Shown here in pieces: positions 1 to 10,840 of a stretch of DNA of 28,662 nucleotides (position 1 is its first letter; the number at the start of each line of letters is the position of its first letter). The stretch comes from Octopus sinensis. Taxonomy: Eukaryota. The stretch spans positions 1 to 28,662 of the forward strand of contig NW_021833221.1 of the NCBI RefSeq assembly GCF_006345805.1, given 5' to 3'. Below the pieces are notes generated by a model. The model was not told the origin of the DNA, made no database searches, and was given only the letters and a program-made list of their open reading frames with translations. The translations under genes and the position numbers were made by a program.

Positions 1-80
1 TAATTTCACGAGCAGGCTGTTCCGTTGATCGGATCAACCGGAACCCTCGTCGTCGTAACCGACGGAGTGCTTCCTTCCTT
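1..80 (+). mobile_element. 3' tail of tRNA-derived SINE family C (rest lies upstream of the window), ending in (TTCC)n
   Basis: 1-74 is near-identical to 4404-4484, the 3' end of the complete copy at 4094-4488. Confidence 0.85.
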
Positions 81-346
81 AATTACTATTATCTGAAACA
101 CACACATACACGAGATCTCAGTTGTAATAATTGCTATATCATTTCTTACATCCCGATAAATCCGTGGTCTATGTAAGATAATAATATACATGAAATGCCG
201 ACCAAGTGTTCTCACATTACTATTGCAAATTATCATTTTTTTTTCTCTTTCATTTTTGTCGGACATTTCACGTTCCTTTACCGAAAGATCACCCTAAACT
301 GGAACTAAACAACAAACAACAATCTAACTGGAAAATACTGTATGCA

Positions 347-484
347 TTAACAGCATGTTTTAACAATTGACCAAGTCGACATCCGAACAGAGTAGGCGTC
401 CAATAAACTCCTGCTTTCTAAGAGAGGTGACTCAATGTGGGATACATCCGGGACTTTCTCTTCATAGCCATTCAATGACTCCAT
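347..484 (-). CDS. Candidate first coding exon / short ORF (45 aa), product unknown
   Basis: ATG at 484 reads MESLNGYEEKVPDVSHIESPLLESRSLLDAYSVRMSTWSIVKTCC* in non-repetitive DNA about 30 bp from an X-box. No strong splice donor and no recognised homology. Confidence 0.2.
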   Translation of the reverse strand: MESLNGYEEKVPDVSHIESPLLESRSLLDAYSVRMSTWSIVKTCC

Positions 485-515
485 ATTCAAGGCGTCGTCG
501 GTGGTTCGTGTGTGC

Positions 516-529
516 GTTGCCATGACAAC
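516..529. promoter_or_regulatory. RFX X-box motif GTTGCCATGACAAC
   Basis: Exact fit to the RFX consensus GTHNYYATRRNAAC, lying in unique CpG-containing sequence. Confidence 0.5.
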
Positions 530-725
530 AGCTAATGGTATCGATTAAGAAAAATATCTCTATTATTTTTACGTTGTTTGTACAAGATATAAAGCAATTT
601 GGGTTTTCAGCGGAGAATGAATCAGATGTAATCGTGCATAGATATAGATTGTCATAAAACAGGCAACACGACGTAATACAGTTGTCATACACGTTTATCT
701 GTCTTTTTTGTTGGTGACTGGAAAG

Positions 726-777
<52 letters not shown>

Positions 778-890
778 AGAAATACTAAATTTCTAAATCT
801 TCGTAGAGGCGTCGATGCTTCCTACGGCTAGATGACAGTATACAACCATTCTATATATATATATATATATTATATATATATATATATATA
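726..890. repeat. Two (TA)n tracts (726-777, 852-890) enclosing a ~75-bp spacer
   Basis: Direct reading. Confidence 0.95.
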
Positions 891-913
891 AATTTCATAT
901 TTATTTTATAGAA

Positions 914-968
914 GGAGCTTCTACAGGACTAGAACTGTTTCATTCAAAAGAAATCATCAGAAAGCTCC
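914..968 (-). ncRNA. Minimal type I hammerhead ribozyme (family 1), probably from a Penelope-like element fragment (~891-968)
   Basis: Minus strand reads GGAGCUUU-CUGAUGA-UUUC-UUUU-GAAU-GAAA-CAG-UUCUAGUC-CUGUA^GAAGCUCC: 8-bp stem I, intact core, 4-bp stem III, GUA cleavage triplet between 922 and 921. Stem II is short with a U-U at 10.1/11.1. Confidence 0.8.
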
Positions 969-1265
969 ACCTCCTCCACCACCACCACTACTACCACCAC
1001 CACTACTACCCACCACTAAACCACCACCACTACTATCCCCACCCACCACCCTCCTTCCTCCTCCTCCTCCTCCACCACCACCTCATATCATCATCCTCAC
1101 TCTTCTTCTTTTTTCTTTTTCTCCTCCTCCTCCTCCTCCTTCTTCATGCTTTCTTCTTCTTTTCTTCTTCTTCCTCCTCCTCCCCTTCTTCCTCCTCTTC
1201 TTCTTCTTCTTCTTCTTCTTCTTCTTCTTCTTCTTCTTCTTCTTCTTCTTCTTCTTCTTCTTCTT
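969..1265. repeat. Compound trinucleotide microsatellite (CAC)n-(CTC)n-(TTC)n
   Basis: Direct reading. Confidence 0.95.
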
Positions 1266-1957
1266 TTTCAGTTACTTAGGACTATTATCCAGTCTGATGT
1301 GTTCTTTTAAACCGGTGGTGCATAATTTTGGTTGCTATTTCTAGAATTGCGAGCAACCACATTCAAATTCTGTTGAGTTTTTTTGTTCCCATTTTCTCTT
1401 CTTTAAAAATAGAAATTGCAGATGAGTTTTTGTGGTGGAAGAGTTAAGTAACAGGGAGGGAAAAAATCTATAATTGGACAATAATAACTACACTATATCG
1501 ACAATATATATACAGATGTAAACAAAAAATATGCAGACAGAAAAAAATCGATATTCATTAGAAAGAAAAATAAATGCGTCAGAGAAAGCTGAAGAAATAC
1601 GGAGAAAGGAATAGAGATGGTGGTATAGTTAAGGTGATAAAGAGAGGACCTTGAGAGAAGGGCTTTTATAATCCTTAAATAAAACAGAAGGTTACAAAGC
1701 AATTGTAAAGAGGTAAGGGTTTCCAGCCTGTGACAGGCCACAGTTTATCCAAGTGCAATGATGAACGTCTCACAATGGACCTTGTGAAAAGGTTCAACGA
1801 ATACAAAGATATGAACTCGTACACGCGTACACACATACACGCGTACACAAGCATATAATTTTGATTAACGGAGAGGTGTGTGTGTGCTAATCGCTTTCGC
1901 GTCTCACTTTGAAGTTTACTATTATACAGACATGTGCGTGCGTACGTGTGTGTGTGT

Positions 1958-2303
1958 AGTGAAGGCGCGTGGCCCAGTGGTTAGGGCTCACAATCATGAG
2001 GTAATCCAACTTGCAATCATGAGGTAGTGACTTCGATTCCCCAACCAGGTTGTGGTTTGTGTTCTTGAGCAAGACACTTTATTTCACGTTGCTTCAGTTC
2101 TCTCATCTGTAGAAATGAGTTGCGACGTTACTGGTGCCAAGCTGTATCGGCCCCTTTGCCTTTCCCTTCGGTCACATCGGGGGGGGGGGAGGGGGAGAGG
2201 AGGCTGCCGGTCTTCCATAAACAACTTTTCCCAGACTTGTGCCTCGGAGGGGAGTTTTCTCGGTGCAATCTCATGGACATTCATGGCCGAAGGAGGTCTT
2301 TAC
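1958..2303 (+). mobile_element. tRNA-derived SINE family A, full length
   Basis: A-box-like TGGCCCAGTGG, B-box-like TTCGATTCC. Head and body match 16493-16940 up to GTAGAAATG. Internal 13-bp duplication CAATCATGAGGTA. Confidence 0.8.
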
Positions 2304-2316
2304 TTGTGTGAGTATG

Positions 2317-2548
2317 CACACACACACACACACACCACACACACACACATCATACATCATACATACATACATACACACATACACACATACACACATACAT
2401 ACATACATACATACATACATACATACATGCATGCATGCATACATACATACATACATACATACATACATGCATGCATACATACATACATACATACATACAT
2501 ACATACATACATACATACATACATACATACATACATACATGCATACAT

Positions 2549-2580
<32 letters not shown>

Positions 2581-2600
2581 TCACATACATACATACACAT

Positions 2601-2633
<33 letters not shown>

Positions 2634-2656
2634 TACATCATACATCATACATACAT

Positions 2657-2687
<31 letters not shown>

Positions 2688-2734
2688 TACATCATACATA
2701 CATACATACATACATACATACATACATACATACA

Positions 2735-2768
<34 letters not shown>
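2317..2768. repeat. ~450-bp (CA)n/(TACA)n compound microsatellite
   Basis: Direct reading; source of the HT/YIHT/VCMY ORFs. Confidence 0.97.
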
Positions 2769-2966
2769 CAATATATGTACGCTTCAGAATGAAGTGTTAA
2801 ACAAGTACAGAGCGGTAATAAGAAAATGAGATGACAAAAGCGGTTATGTCGTGAACTTCGATGGGCGTTGCATTCAGATGTTCTTTAGCACTCTGCGCCG
2901 TGGAGGGAGCTTTCCCTAGACGTTATCCCGCAGCAAACTTGACGTATAAACAAAATATATACACTA

Positions 2967-3363
2967 CTAGCAGTATCACCCGGCGTTGCTCGGGTTTGTA
3001 AGGGAAATAACTATATAAGCATTTTTAGAGAGTTATAGCCAAAAAATAGCAAAAAAATGCATTAAAAATGGAAAAAAATGATGGTAATTTTTTTTTTAAT
3101 CGTTGACTCATCGTAGACATTTTTAGAGAGTTACTTCCCTTATATAATAGCGAAAAAATACATTAAAATGGGAAAAAATGATGGTAAATTTTTTTTTTAA
3201 ATCGTAGACTCATCGTAGACGCGCGCTAATACCCAGAAGGGCTCGATATGAAACACGACTATAAGATACCCGGTTTGGGTTAAAGTGCACCGCAAAATGT
3301 GGGAGTAGTTAGGAATCTAAATCGTAGGAGATAGACACACAACTTCTCTTTTATATATAAAGA
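2967..3363 (-). mobile_element. Non-autonomous Helitron, copy 1 (397 bp)
   Basis: Minus strand starts TC (3363), ends CTAG (2967), has a subterminal hairpin CCCG-AGCAACGC-CGGG, sits in an A|T site with no TSD. Near-identical copy at 18006-18404. Confidence 0.85.
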
Positions 3364-3756
3364 TATATGTGCAACTGATAATGTTCATATTACTAGAGCT
3401 GCTTTTAATTCGTAATTCAATTTACTTTCACATATGCCACGCTGTAGCCCACCAGCAAATAGACTTCAGTGTATTTGCATATAAATTATAGAGCAGCGAT
3501 TCACTTCGTTTCCAGATGATCCGAGTACGTGGTATTGATAAGCCACAGTAATGACGAAACATCGATGCCTTCTATTTTCGGTGGGTCTATGTAATGTAAT
3601 GCTTACATACTAGAGTTGCTTTTCTATAACACCGGATGGGACGAGGGGGATCCCGGTCACTGGCTGTGGAGGTATCCTGGATTCTGACTATTCAGTCATG
3701 GCAACCCTATCTTTCAAGGACCCAACACTGAATGTTTTATAATAATCCTATAAAAG

Positions 3757-4070
3757 AAAGCGAGCTGGACGAATCGTTAGCGCTCAGAAAAAATGCTTGA
3801 AGGCATTTCTCCCGGCTCTGTACATTCTGAGTTCAAATTTCTCCGAGGTCTACTTTACTTAAGGTGGCAGCGCCGTTAGCGCGCCAGACAAAATGTTCAG
3901 CGAAGTTTCGTCCGTCTTTATGTTCTGGGATGAAATTCTGCCGAGCTTGACTTTGTCTTACATCCTTTCGGGGTCGACGAAATAAGTACCAGTCAAGTGT
4001 TGAGATCGATGTAATCGATTTACTCACCTTCTCAAAAGCAGCTGGCCCTGTGCCAAAAATTGAAATTATT
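3757..4070 (+). mobile_element. Two adjacent diverged SINE family B copies (one truncated, one full)
   Basis: Degenerate matches to GCGAGCTGGCAGAA...TTCTGAGTTCAAAT...CATCCTTTCGGGGTCGA...AAGTACCAG. Confidence 0.75.
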
Positions 4071-4083
4071 ATAATAGTACTAT

Positions 4084-4692
4084 AAGGCGGAGAAGTGGAG
4101 GCGCAATGGCCAAGTGGTTAGGACAGCGGACTCGCGGTCGTAGGATCGCGGTCCCGATTCCCAGACCGGGCGTTGTGAGTGTTTATTGAGCGAAAACACC
4201 TAAAGCTCCATGAGGCTCCGGCAGGGGATGGTGGTGATCCCTGCTGTACTCTTTCACCACAACTTTCTCTCACTCTTACTCCTTGTTTCTGTTGTACCTG
4301 TATTTCAAAGGGCCGGCCTTGTCACTCTCTGTGTCACGCTGAATATCCCCGAGAACTACGTTAAGGGTACACGTGTCTGTGGAGTGCTCAGCCACTTACA
4401 CGTTAATTTCACGAGCAGGCTGTTCCGTTGATTTTGATTCGGATCAACCGGAACCCTCGTCGTCGTAACCGACGGAGTGCTTCCATCCAAGGCGGAGAGC
4501 TGGCAGAGTCGTTACTACTCTGAACAAAAATGATTAACCGCCATTTCTTCTGACCTTTTACGCTCTGAGTTCAAATGTTACCAAGGTCGACTTTGCCTTT
4601 CATTTTCTCGGGATCGATAAAATAAGTACAAAATGAGCAAATCGACTTCCTTCTCTCTTCAAAATTGCTAGCCTTATACTAGAAAGAATTAT
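4084..4692 (+). mobile_element. Old SINE family B copy interrupted near its 5' end by a family C SINE
   Basis: Head AAGGCGGAGA is duplicated at 4084-4093 and 4489-4498; the body resumes GCTGGCAGAGTCGTTA. Confidence 0.75.
4094..4488 (+). mobile_element. tRNA-derived SINE family C, full length, tail type 1
   Basis: AGTGGAGGCGCAATGGCCAAGTGG head, B-box-like CGATTCCC, 10-bp TSD AAGGCGGAGA, ends TTCCATCC. Confidence 0.85.
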
Positions 4693-5114
4693 ATTAGTAC
4701 TGTAATATTTCCAACTTTAATGAATGACTGGGTATTTGGTATTTAGGATTAATACAATACGCGCAATGCTTCTGAGATCCAATACATTCTAAATTAATAT
4801 GTTTGCAAATCCAAGTTATCAATTCCGATTCAGTGATTCTACGTTTACTCTACTATTAATAGTGTAATTACTGCTTTTAACTTTCATGGACGACTAGTCG
4901 TTTGGGGTTTGATGTAAAATTCGGATTACTTCCGAGAACTATTATACTTTTAAATTAAACAAATTGCAATAATTAAATTGCTGATAGATATTAATAAAGA
5001 GACTTGTGATTCTATTTTTTTTTATTTCGATGCATTAAACATGTCAAGCAATGATTAATCGAAATTATTATTTTTATCATAAATATGATCAGCTGAACGA
5101 ATCAGATTATTACT

Positions 5115-5677
5115 AATATCCTTTCTATTATAGGCACAAAGCCTGTCATTTTGGGGGGAGTGACTAGACGATTACATCAACCCCAATGTTCAACTGGTAC
5201 TTAATTTATCGACCCCGAAAGGATGAAAGGCAAAGTTGACCTCGGCGGAGTTTGCACTCAGAACGTAGCCACGGACGAAATTACTATTTCTTTACTACCT
5301 ACAAGGGGCTAAACACAGAGGGGACAGACAAACGGATTAAGTCGATTATATCGACTCCAGTGCGTAACTGGTACTTATTTAAACGACCCCGAAAGGATGA
5401 AAGGCAAAGTCGACCTCGGCGGAATTTGAACTCAGAACGTAAAGACAGACGAAATACATATTTCTTTATTACCCACAAGGGGCTAAACATAGAGGGGACA
5501 AACAAGGACAGACATAGGTATTAAGTCGATTATATCGACCCCAGTGCGTAACTGGTACTTAATTTATCGACCCCGAAAGGATGAAAGGCAATTCCTCGAC
5601 GGAATTTGAACTCACAACGTAACGGCAGACGAAATACCACTAAGCATTTTGCCCGCCGTGCTAATGTTTCTGCCAGC
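5115..5677 (-). mobile_element. SINE family B multimer: head + 2 core/spacer units + terminal core with old-type tail
   Basis: 12-bp TSD CAGATTATTACT at 5103-5114 and 5678-5689; repeated CCCCGAAAGGATGAAAGGCAA cores. Confidence 0.85.
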
Positions 5678-5900
5678 CAGATTATTACTGGTAATGCGTA
5701 AATTTAACCCTTTAATCAGATCGAGATTTTTAAACGTGTAAAAACCTATTATGTACAATTTCTACTTGAATTTATTGTTGTTTGGTAAAGCTATTGCAGA
5801 AATAATTTAAAATGTTCATGGTTAGACCAAAACAAAAAGCAAATTTACATTTATTAAGCTTGTGTATTAAGAAAATAATTATCAAATTAACATCATTCAT

Positions 5901-6302
5901 TTTTTACTTGTTTCTTACATTTGACTGTGGTCAAGCTGGGGCATCGCCTTGTCGAACGAATCGATCCCAGTACTTTTATTTAAGCTTGGTATTAATTCTT
6001 TCGGTCTCTTTTGCCGAAGTGCTAAGTTACGGGAGTGTAAATACACCATCACCGGTTTTCAGGCGATGGTGGGAGACACACACACACACAAATACACACA
6101 CCCATGTGTGTGTGTGTGTGTGTGTGTATGTGTGTGTGTGTGTACGACGGACTTCTTTTAGTTCCCTTTTACCAAATCCAAAGCTTTGGTCGGCCCGAGG
6201 CTATAGTGGGAGACACTTGCCCAAAGTGCCACGCAGTGGGATTGAACCAGGAACCATGTGGTTGGGGGCAAATGTCATACTTCACAACCACAACTACGCC
6301 TA
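5901..6302 (-). mobile_element. tRNA-derived SINE family D with internal (TG)/(CA) microsatellite
   Basis: Colinear with 14198-14695, 19290-19676 and 25210-25650. Confidence 0.85.
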
Positions 6303-6835
6303 ATATTGAGAAAATAATTTAATTAGTGAAGTAACAAGGCTATATATATGTTTGTGAATTCTCGTAATATTCTTGGCATATAAGCTTTGCATTTTTAGGA
6401 TTGGTTTAAAAAGTATGCAGGGTCTCTATATATTCAAATTTACCACAATTTATGACGTACTAGTCATAGCTTTTTCATGGTTAACTTTATAAATATCTCA
6501 AACATGTCGGACAGCAGGCAAATGTCAAGGTTTATATAAGATAATAAATAGCAGAATTCGCATTTAACTCAATTAGCTTCCTGCTACCACCGCTCTAGCT
6601 GGTCTATTATACCTTGGTCCTTCAAATAATACTGTTGGATCCATAAAATAATTATAATTTGACTTTATAATGGAATACGCATCTAGAAAATCAATGGCGA
6701 CCAGCTTGTGTGTGCCAACCCATTCCTCCATGCTAGCTGATCGTATATTGGCTTTTCAAATACGCAGAAGAATCCATAAAAATATTGACAGTTCGATAAA
6801 AATAGATTTTTTTTAAAAATTTAGAATCTCTTTAA

Positions 6836-7271
6836 GGCGGTAAGCTGGCAGAATCATTAGCGCGCCGGGCGAAATGCTTAGTGATATTTCGTCTGCCGCT
6901 ACGTTCTGAGTTCAAATTCCGTCGAGGTCGACTTTGCCTTTCATCCTTTCGGGGTCGATTAAATAAGTACCAGTTACGCACTGGAGTCGATATAATCGAC
7001 TTAATCCGTTTATCTGTCCTTGTTTGTCCTCTCTGTGTTTAGCCCCTTGTGGGTAGTAAAGAAATAAGAATCATTAGCGTGCCGAAGAAAACAGTTATCG
7101 GCATTTCTTTCGGTTTTACATTCGGAGTTCAAATTCCGCCGACGTCGATTTTGATTTTCATTTTTTCAGGGTCGCTAAAATAAATAAATCCCAATCGAGC
7201 ATTGGGGTCGATGTGATCGACTAGCTCCCTCCCACAAAATTTCAGGACTTTTGCCTATTGTTGAAAGCATT
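6836..7271 (+). mobile_element. SINE family B dimer (head + 1 unit + partial head + core + old tail)
   Basis: Same architecture as 17076-17871. Confidence 0.8.
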
Positions 7272-7567
7272 AAGAGTCCCTTTATAACCCATGCTACTGG
7301 CTCCGCCAAACTTGTGGAAACGAGCATGCATATGGGGGCTCGATTTTCACGAGGTACTAATTTTGAGGGATTCTGTTTCCTATAACGTTCATATCTGTAA
7401 CCATATTTTATTTGAAACACGTATGTGTGTTAATCCCCAAATTAAGTCTAATTAAGTAGACCTATAAACAAAGTCAATACAGCTGTGACTATCCTTTTTT
7501 TTTGGGGGGGGGACGATATCCAAGACTAAATTATACGATGTCACTGGCCTGGGTTACAAACTTGCTG

Positions 7568-7697
7568 GCCTTTCATCCTTTCGGGGTCGATTAAATAAGT
7601 ACCAGTTACGTACTAGGGTCGATATAATCGACTTAATCTGTTTGTCTGTCATTGTTTGTCCTCTCTGTGTTGAGCCCCTTGAGGGTAGTAAAGAAAG
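7568..7697 (+). mobile_element. 5'-truncated SINE family B unit
   Basis: Matches the core and spacer of the 184-bp unit. Confidence 0.75.
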
Positions 7698-8046
7698 AGA
7701 TAATAGAAGAATAAAGACAAAAGATGATACGAGCAGGCAGTGATGGAAGTAGGTATTAGGAACTAGGAGTATGCTAAGGCCGAGAGACTGAAGCTGGGAA
7801 GGTGGACAAGACACCCTAAGCCAACACTTCCCCGTGAGCTGAAAAGTGGAGGAACACCGTACCCCTGCGTACCTCACCTCCATTCCCATCACTGCTGGCA
7901 GAGTTTGAACTCAATCAACATATGTAATTAAATACTACAAAACATGTCGGACGCCTCTTTCTTTCTTTTTCTTTCAGTCATTCATTCTTTCTTTCCTTCT
8001 TATTTATTTATTTATTTATTTATTTAATTTTGCTAATATTACATAG

Positions 8047-8192
8047 GAAAATATTACGCTTGTCAGTGAACTTAAAACTTCAAACCTTGCAGTAGCAGCA
8101 GCATTTAATTTAGTCCATCCTGAAACCATAGTTAATCGAAGGAGACGTCTTTCGCTTGTTATAAATACATCTCTAGTGACTCCACAAGACGG
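8047..8192 (+). CDS. Candidate internal coding exon, unknown product
   Basis: T-rich tract, CTAAT branch-like motif and ACATAG acceptor, then one open frame ENITLVSELKTSNLAVAAAFNLVHPETIVNRRRRLSLVINTSLVTPQDG. Donor is weak (GG|GTGCTT) and the antisense frame is also open. Confidence 0.3.
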
Positions 8193-8999
8193 GTGCTTAT
8201 AAGGCTTTAAGAAAAATATTTATTTTCGTTATTATTTCACCGAGCCTCAACGCAAAATAAATATATTTCATTCAAATATCTTACGAAGTATTTTCTTTTC
8301 GACAGTCAGTCAATTCATTTTATAATTTATTATTTAATTGTTATATATCTAATTTTTTAATATTTTCATTTTTAACTTACCGCTTTTCTCTCTGTATTTC
8401 ACTTTTTCATTCCCTTTCTCTCTCTAGCTCTCTGTCTTCCTCTTCTTTGCCTCCCTATCTCTCCCTCTTTCTTTGACTGATATCAACAGTCGAATGAGTA
8501 GCACCATATTTAGTGAAGAAAAAGAGTGAAGATATGTAAACACAACTATATATGGCAAAGAGGAGACAAAGTTCCCTCTTCACCGCAAAACAGACAACTA
8601 ACTGGAAGAGGCAGACGACCGACCGATGATAGTCCTCCTTCGTTTAGAAAAGAAATTTAGAAGTTTTAAGAGTTATTAGAATTATAGATTTACGGGATTT
8701 ATTTATTCTCTAAACATTCTTCAAAATGTGTTGTAACTTTCTGAACTTCTTATGAGTGTGTACCATAAAAAGGATGGTAAAAAAAAAAAAGAACATTAAC
8801 ATATGAATCCGACTAATTTAAAATAAACATATGGTCGGCTTCTTTCTCAGTTAGCTTGCTCACATGAAGGGGTATTTATCGAGGTCCGTCCGAAAGGTGT
8901 GGTGTAAGAAGAGAACTTAGGAAGCTGACGACGGTATTTCTGTGGGCGGATGAGTAAGGTTAAGGGAAGGGAGGGAGAACCTTGAAAACATCGGGAGGC

Positions 9000-9660
9000 G
9001 ATAAGGGAGAAAACGAAGAGTGAGTGAGAGAGGGAGGGAGGGAGGGAGGAAGGAAGAAGGAATGAGGGAATGAGAGAGGGGCCAAGGAGTGAGTGAGTGA
9101 GTGAGTGACTGTAGGAGGGAGGAAATGGACGGGTTAAGGAGTAAGAGATGGAGTGAGTGAAGGAAAGCGGGAAGGAGTGAGTGAAGCAAAAAGGGAAAGA
9201 GTGAGTGAGTGAAGGAGGGAATAAATGGGTGTGGAATGAGTGAGTGAGTGAGTGAGTGAAGGAGTGAGTGAGTGAGTGAGTGAAGGAGTGAGTGAGTGAG
9301 TGAGTGAAGGAGTGAGTGAAGGAGTGAGTGAAGGAGTGAGTGAGTGAGTGAGTGAAGGAGTGAGTGAAGGAGTGAGTGAGTGAGTGAGTGAAGGAGTGAG
9401 TGAAGGAGTGAGTGAGTGAGTGAATGAGTAAATGAAAAAAATGAGTAAATGAAGGACTGAGTGAAGGATGGATTTAGTGAATGGAATAAGAGAGTGCCGG
9501 GTGAGTAAAAGAGTGAAGGCCTGAGTAAGTGAATGAGTACGTGCGCGAACGAGTAAACGAGTGAGGGAAAGAAAGAATAAGTGAGGGAGAGAGTAAAGAA
9601 GTGACAGAGTGAAATAGTGAAGGAGTGAAGGGTTAGGAGAGTGAGGAAATGAAGGAGAGG
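9000..9660. repeat. Purine-rich low-complexity tract with a (GAGT)n/GAAG array at ~9231-9422
   Basis: Direct reading. Confidence 0.9.
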
Positions 9661-9958
9661 AAAAAAAAACTAAAAGTAAGAAACCTTATTCTGTGTAAAT
9701 GTTTGGAAGAAATGAATGCGCGGTAATGGGATGAGCGTAGATATATTAAATTTTAAATGATTCGTGACAAATGGCCGTATATTTCGCACAGTGCGAGCTA
9801 TTACAAACGTATGAAGAATTTTACTGGATGAAAAATTCGCAGTAAGTGAAATATATGGCAGCTATGACGAATCACGTTTGTAAGATATAGATTCTCGATA
9901 TCTAATTCCTATTTGTCCGTCTCTTTTCCCCTCGTTCCATTTGTGCTATTTTACCCCC

Positions 9959-9986
9959 CACACACACACACATACACACACACACA

Positions 9987-10033
<47 letters not shown>
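9959..10033. repeat. (CA)n microsatellite
   Basis: Direct reading. Confidence 0.95.
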
Positions 10034-10037
<4 letters not shown>

Positions 10038-10089
10038 ATATTTAATATCCCCTCATAACTTGCATTTTAAAGCTCCTATACTGTTAACC

Positions 10090-10351
10090 GGAGGCGCAAT
10101 GGCCCAGTGGTTAGGACAGCGGACTCGCGGTCGGAGGAACGCGGTTTCGATTCCCAGACTGGGCGTTGTGTGTGTTTATTGAGCAAAAACACCTAAAAGC
10201 TCCACGAGGCTCCGACACAACTTTCTCTCTTCCTGTTTCTTGAGTAACGCTGCGATGGACTGGCTTCCCGTCCAGTTGGGGGGAATTCATACCCCACAGA
10301 AACCGGGAAACCGGGCCCATGAGCCTGGCTAGGCTTGAAAAAGGTGACGTT
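10090..10351 (+). mobile_element. SINE family C variant, tail type 2 (MetaSINE-like 3' region)
   Basis: Same head as 4094, TSD TATACTGTTA at 10077-10086 and 10352-10361. Tail GCTGCGATGGACTGGCTTCCCGTCCAG...CAGAAACCGGG resembles my recollection of MetaSINE 3' regions (unverified). Confidence 0.75.
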
Positions 10352-10610
10352 TATACTGTTACCAGCTACCATATGCCATCATACATTAGGGTTATCTCTT
10401 TTACTGGATAAAGTGAAATGTATATAAAAAGGTTACAAAAGAGGAAGATGTAATGTACAGGCTTTAATCACTGAACACAGCTATTATTTCTGTGCATTGC
10501 TAGCACCTGTTAGTCGCTGACTTTCCCATATCATACTATTATATAATTATATTAAATATATGATCCAGCAGCTGCTATATAGCTGCACATCAAGTGAGTA
10601 ACTTCGAAAC

Positions 10611-10768
10611 CAGGAGTGGCTGTGTGGTAAAAAGTTCGCTTCCAAACCATATGGTACCGGGTTCATTTCCACTTTGTGGCACCTTGGGCAAGTATCTTCT
10701 ACTCTAGCCTCGGGCCGAATAAAGCCATGTGAGTGGATTTGATAGACGAAAACTGAAGGAACCTCGTC

Positions 10769-10814
<46 letters not shown>

Positions 10815-10840
10815 TTGTGTATGTGTGAGTGTGTGTGTGT
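10611..10840 (+). mobile_element. SINE family D, 5' half, ending in (TG)n
   Basis: CAGGAGTGGCTGTGTGGTAA head and ACCTTGGGCAAGT body. Confidence 0.8.

Noticed and set aside
611-1712. Possible micro-exons 611-627, 1413-1442 and 1688-1712 (the last two join in frame as IADEFLWWKKGYKAIVK)
   Set aside because: Too short to distinguish from chance AG/GT pairs; one donor is weak (GTTAAG); no recognisable protein.
2052-2829. Long ORFs of 166-246 aa rich in HT/YIHT/VCMY
   Set aside because: Translations of the (CA)/(TACA) microsatellite plus SINE sequence.
6573-6731. 52-aa minus-strand ORF MEEWVGTHKLVAIDFLDAYS...
   Set aside because: In-frame stop shortly upstream, no splice support, no recognised homology.
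7738-7894. Imperfect inverted repeat CAGTGATGG...CCATCACTG suggesting a small MITE
   Set aside because: Only 9 bp match perfectly, no TSD and no second copy in the window.
8851-8903. Candidate exon LACSHEGVFIEVRPKGV with GTAAGA donor
   Set aside because: Its phase does not join cleanly to neighbouring candidates; no other support.
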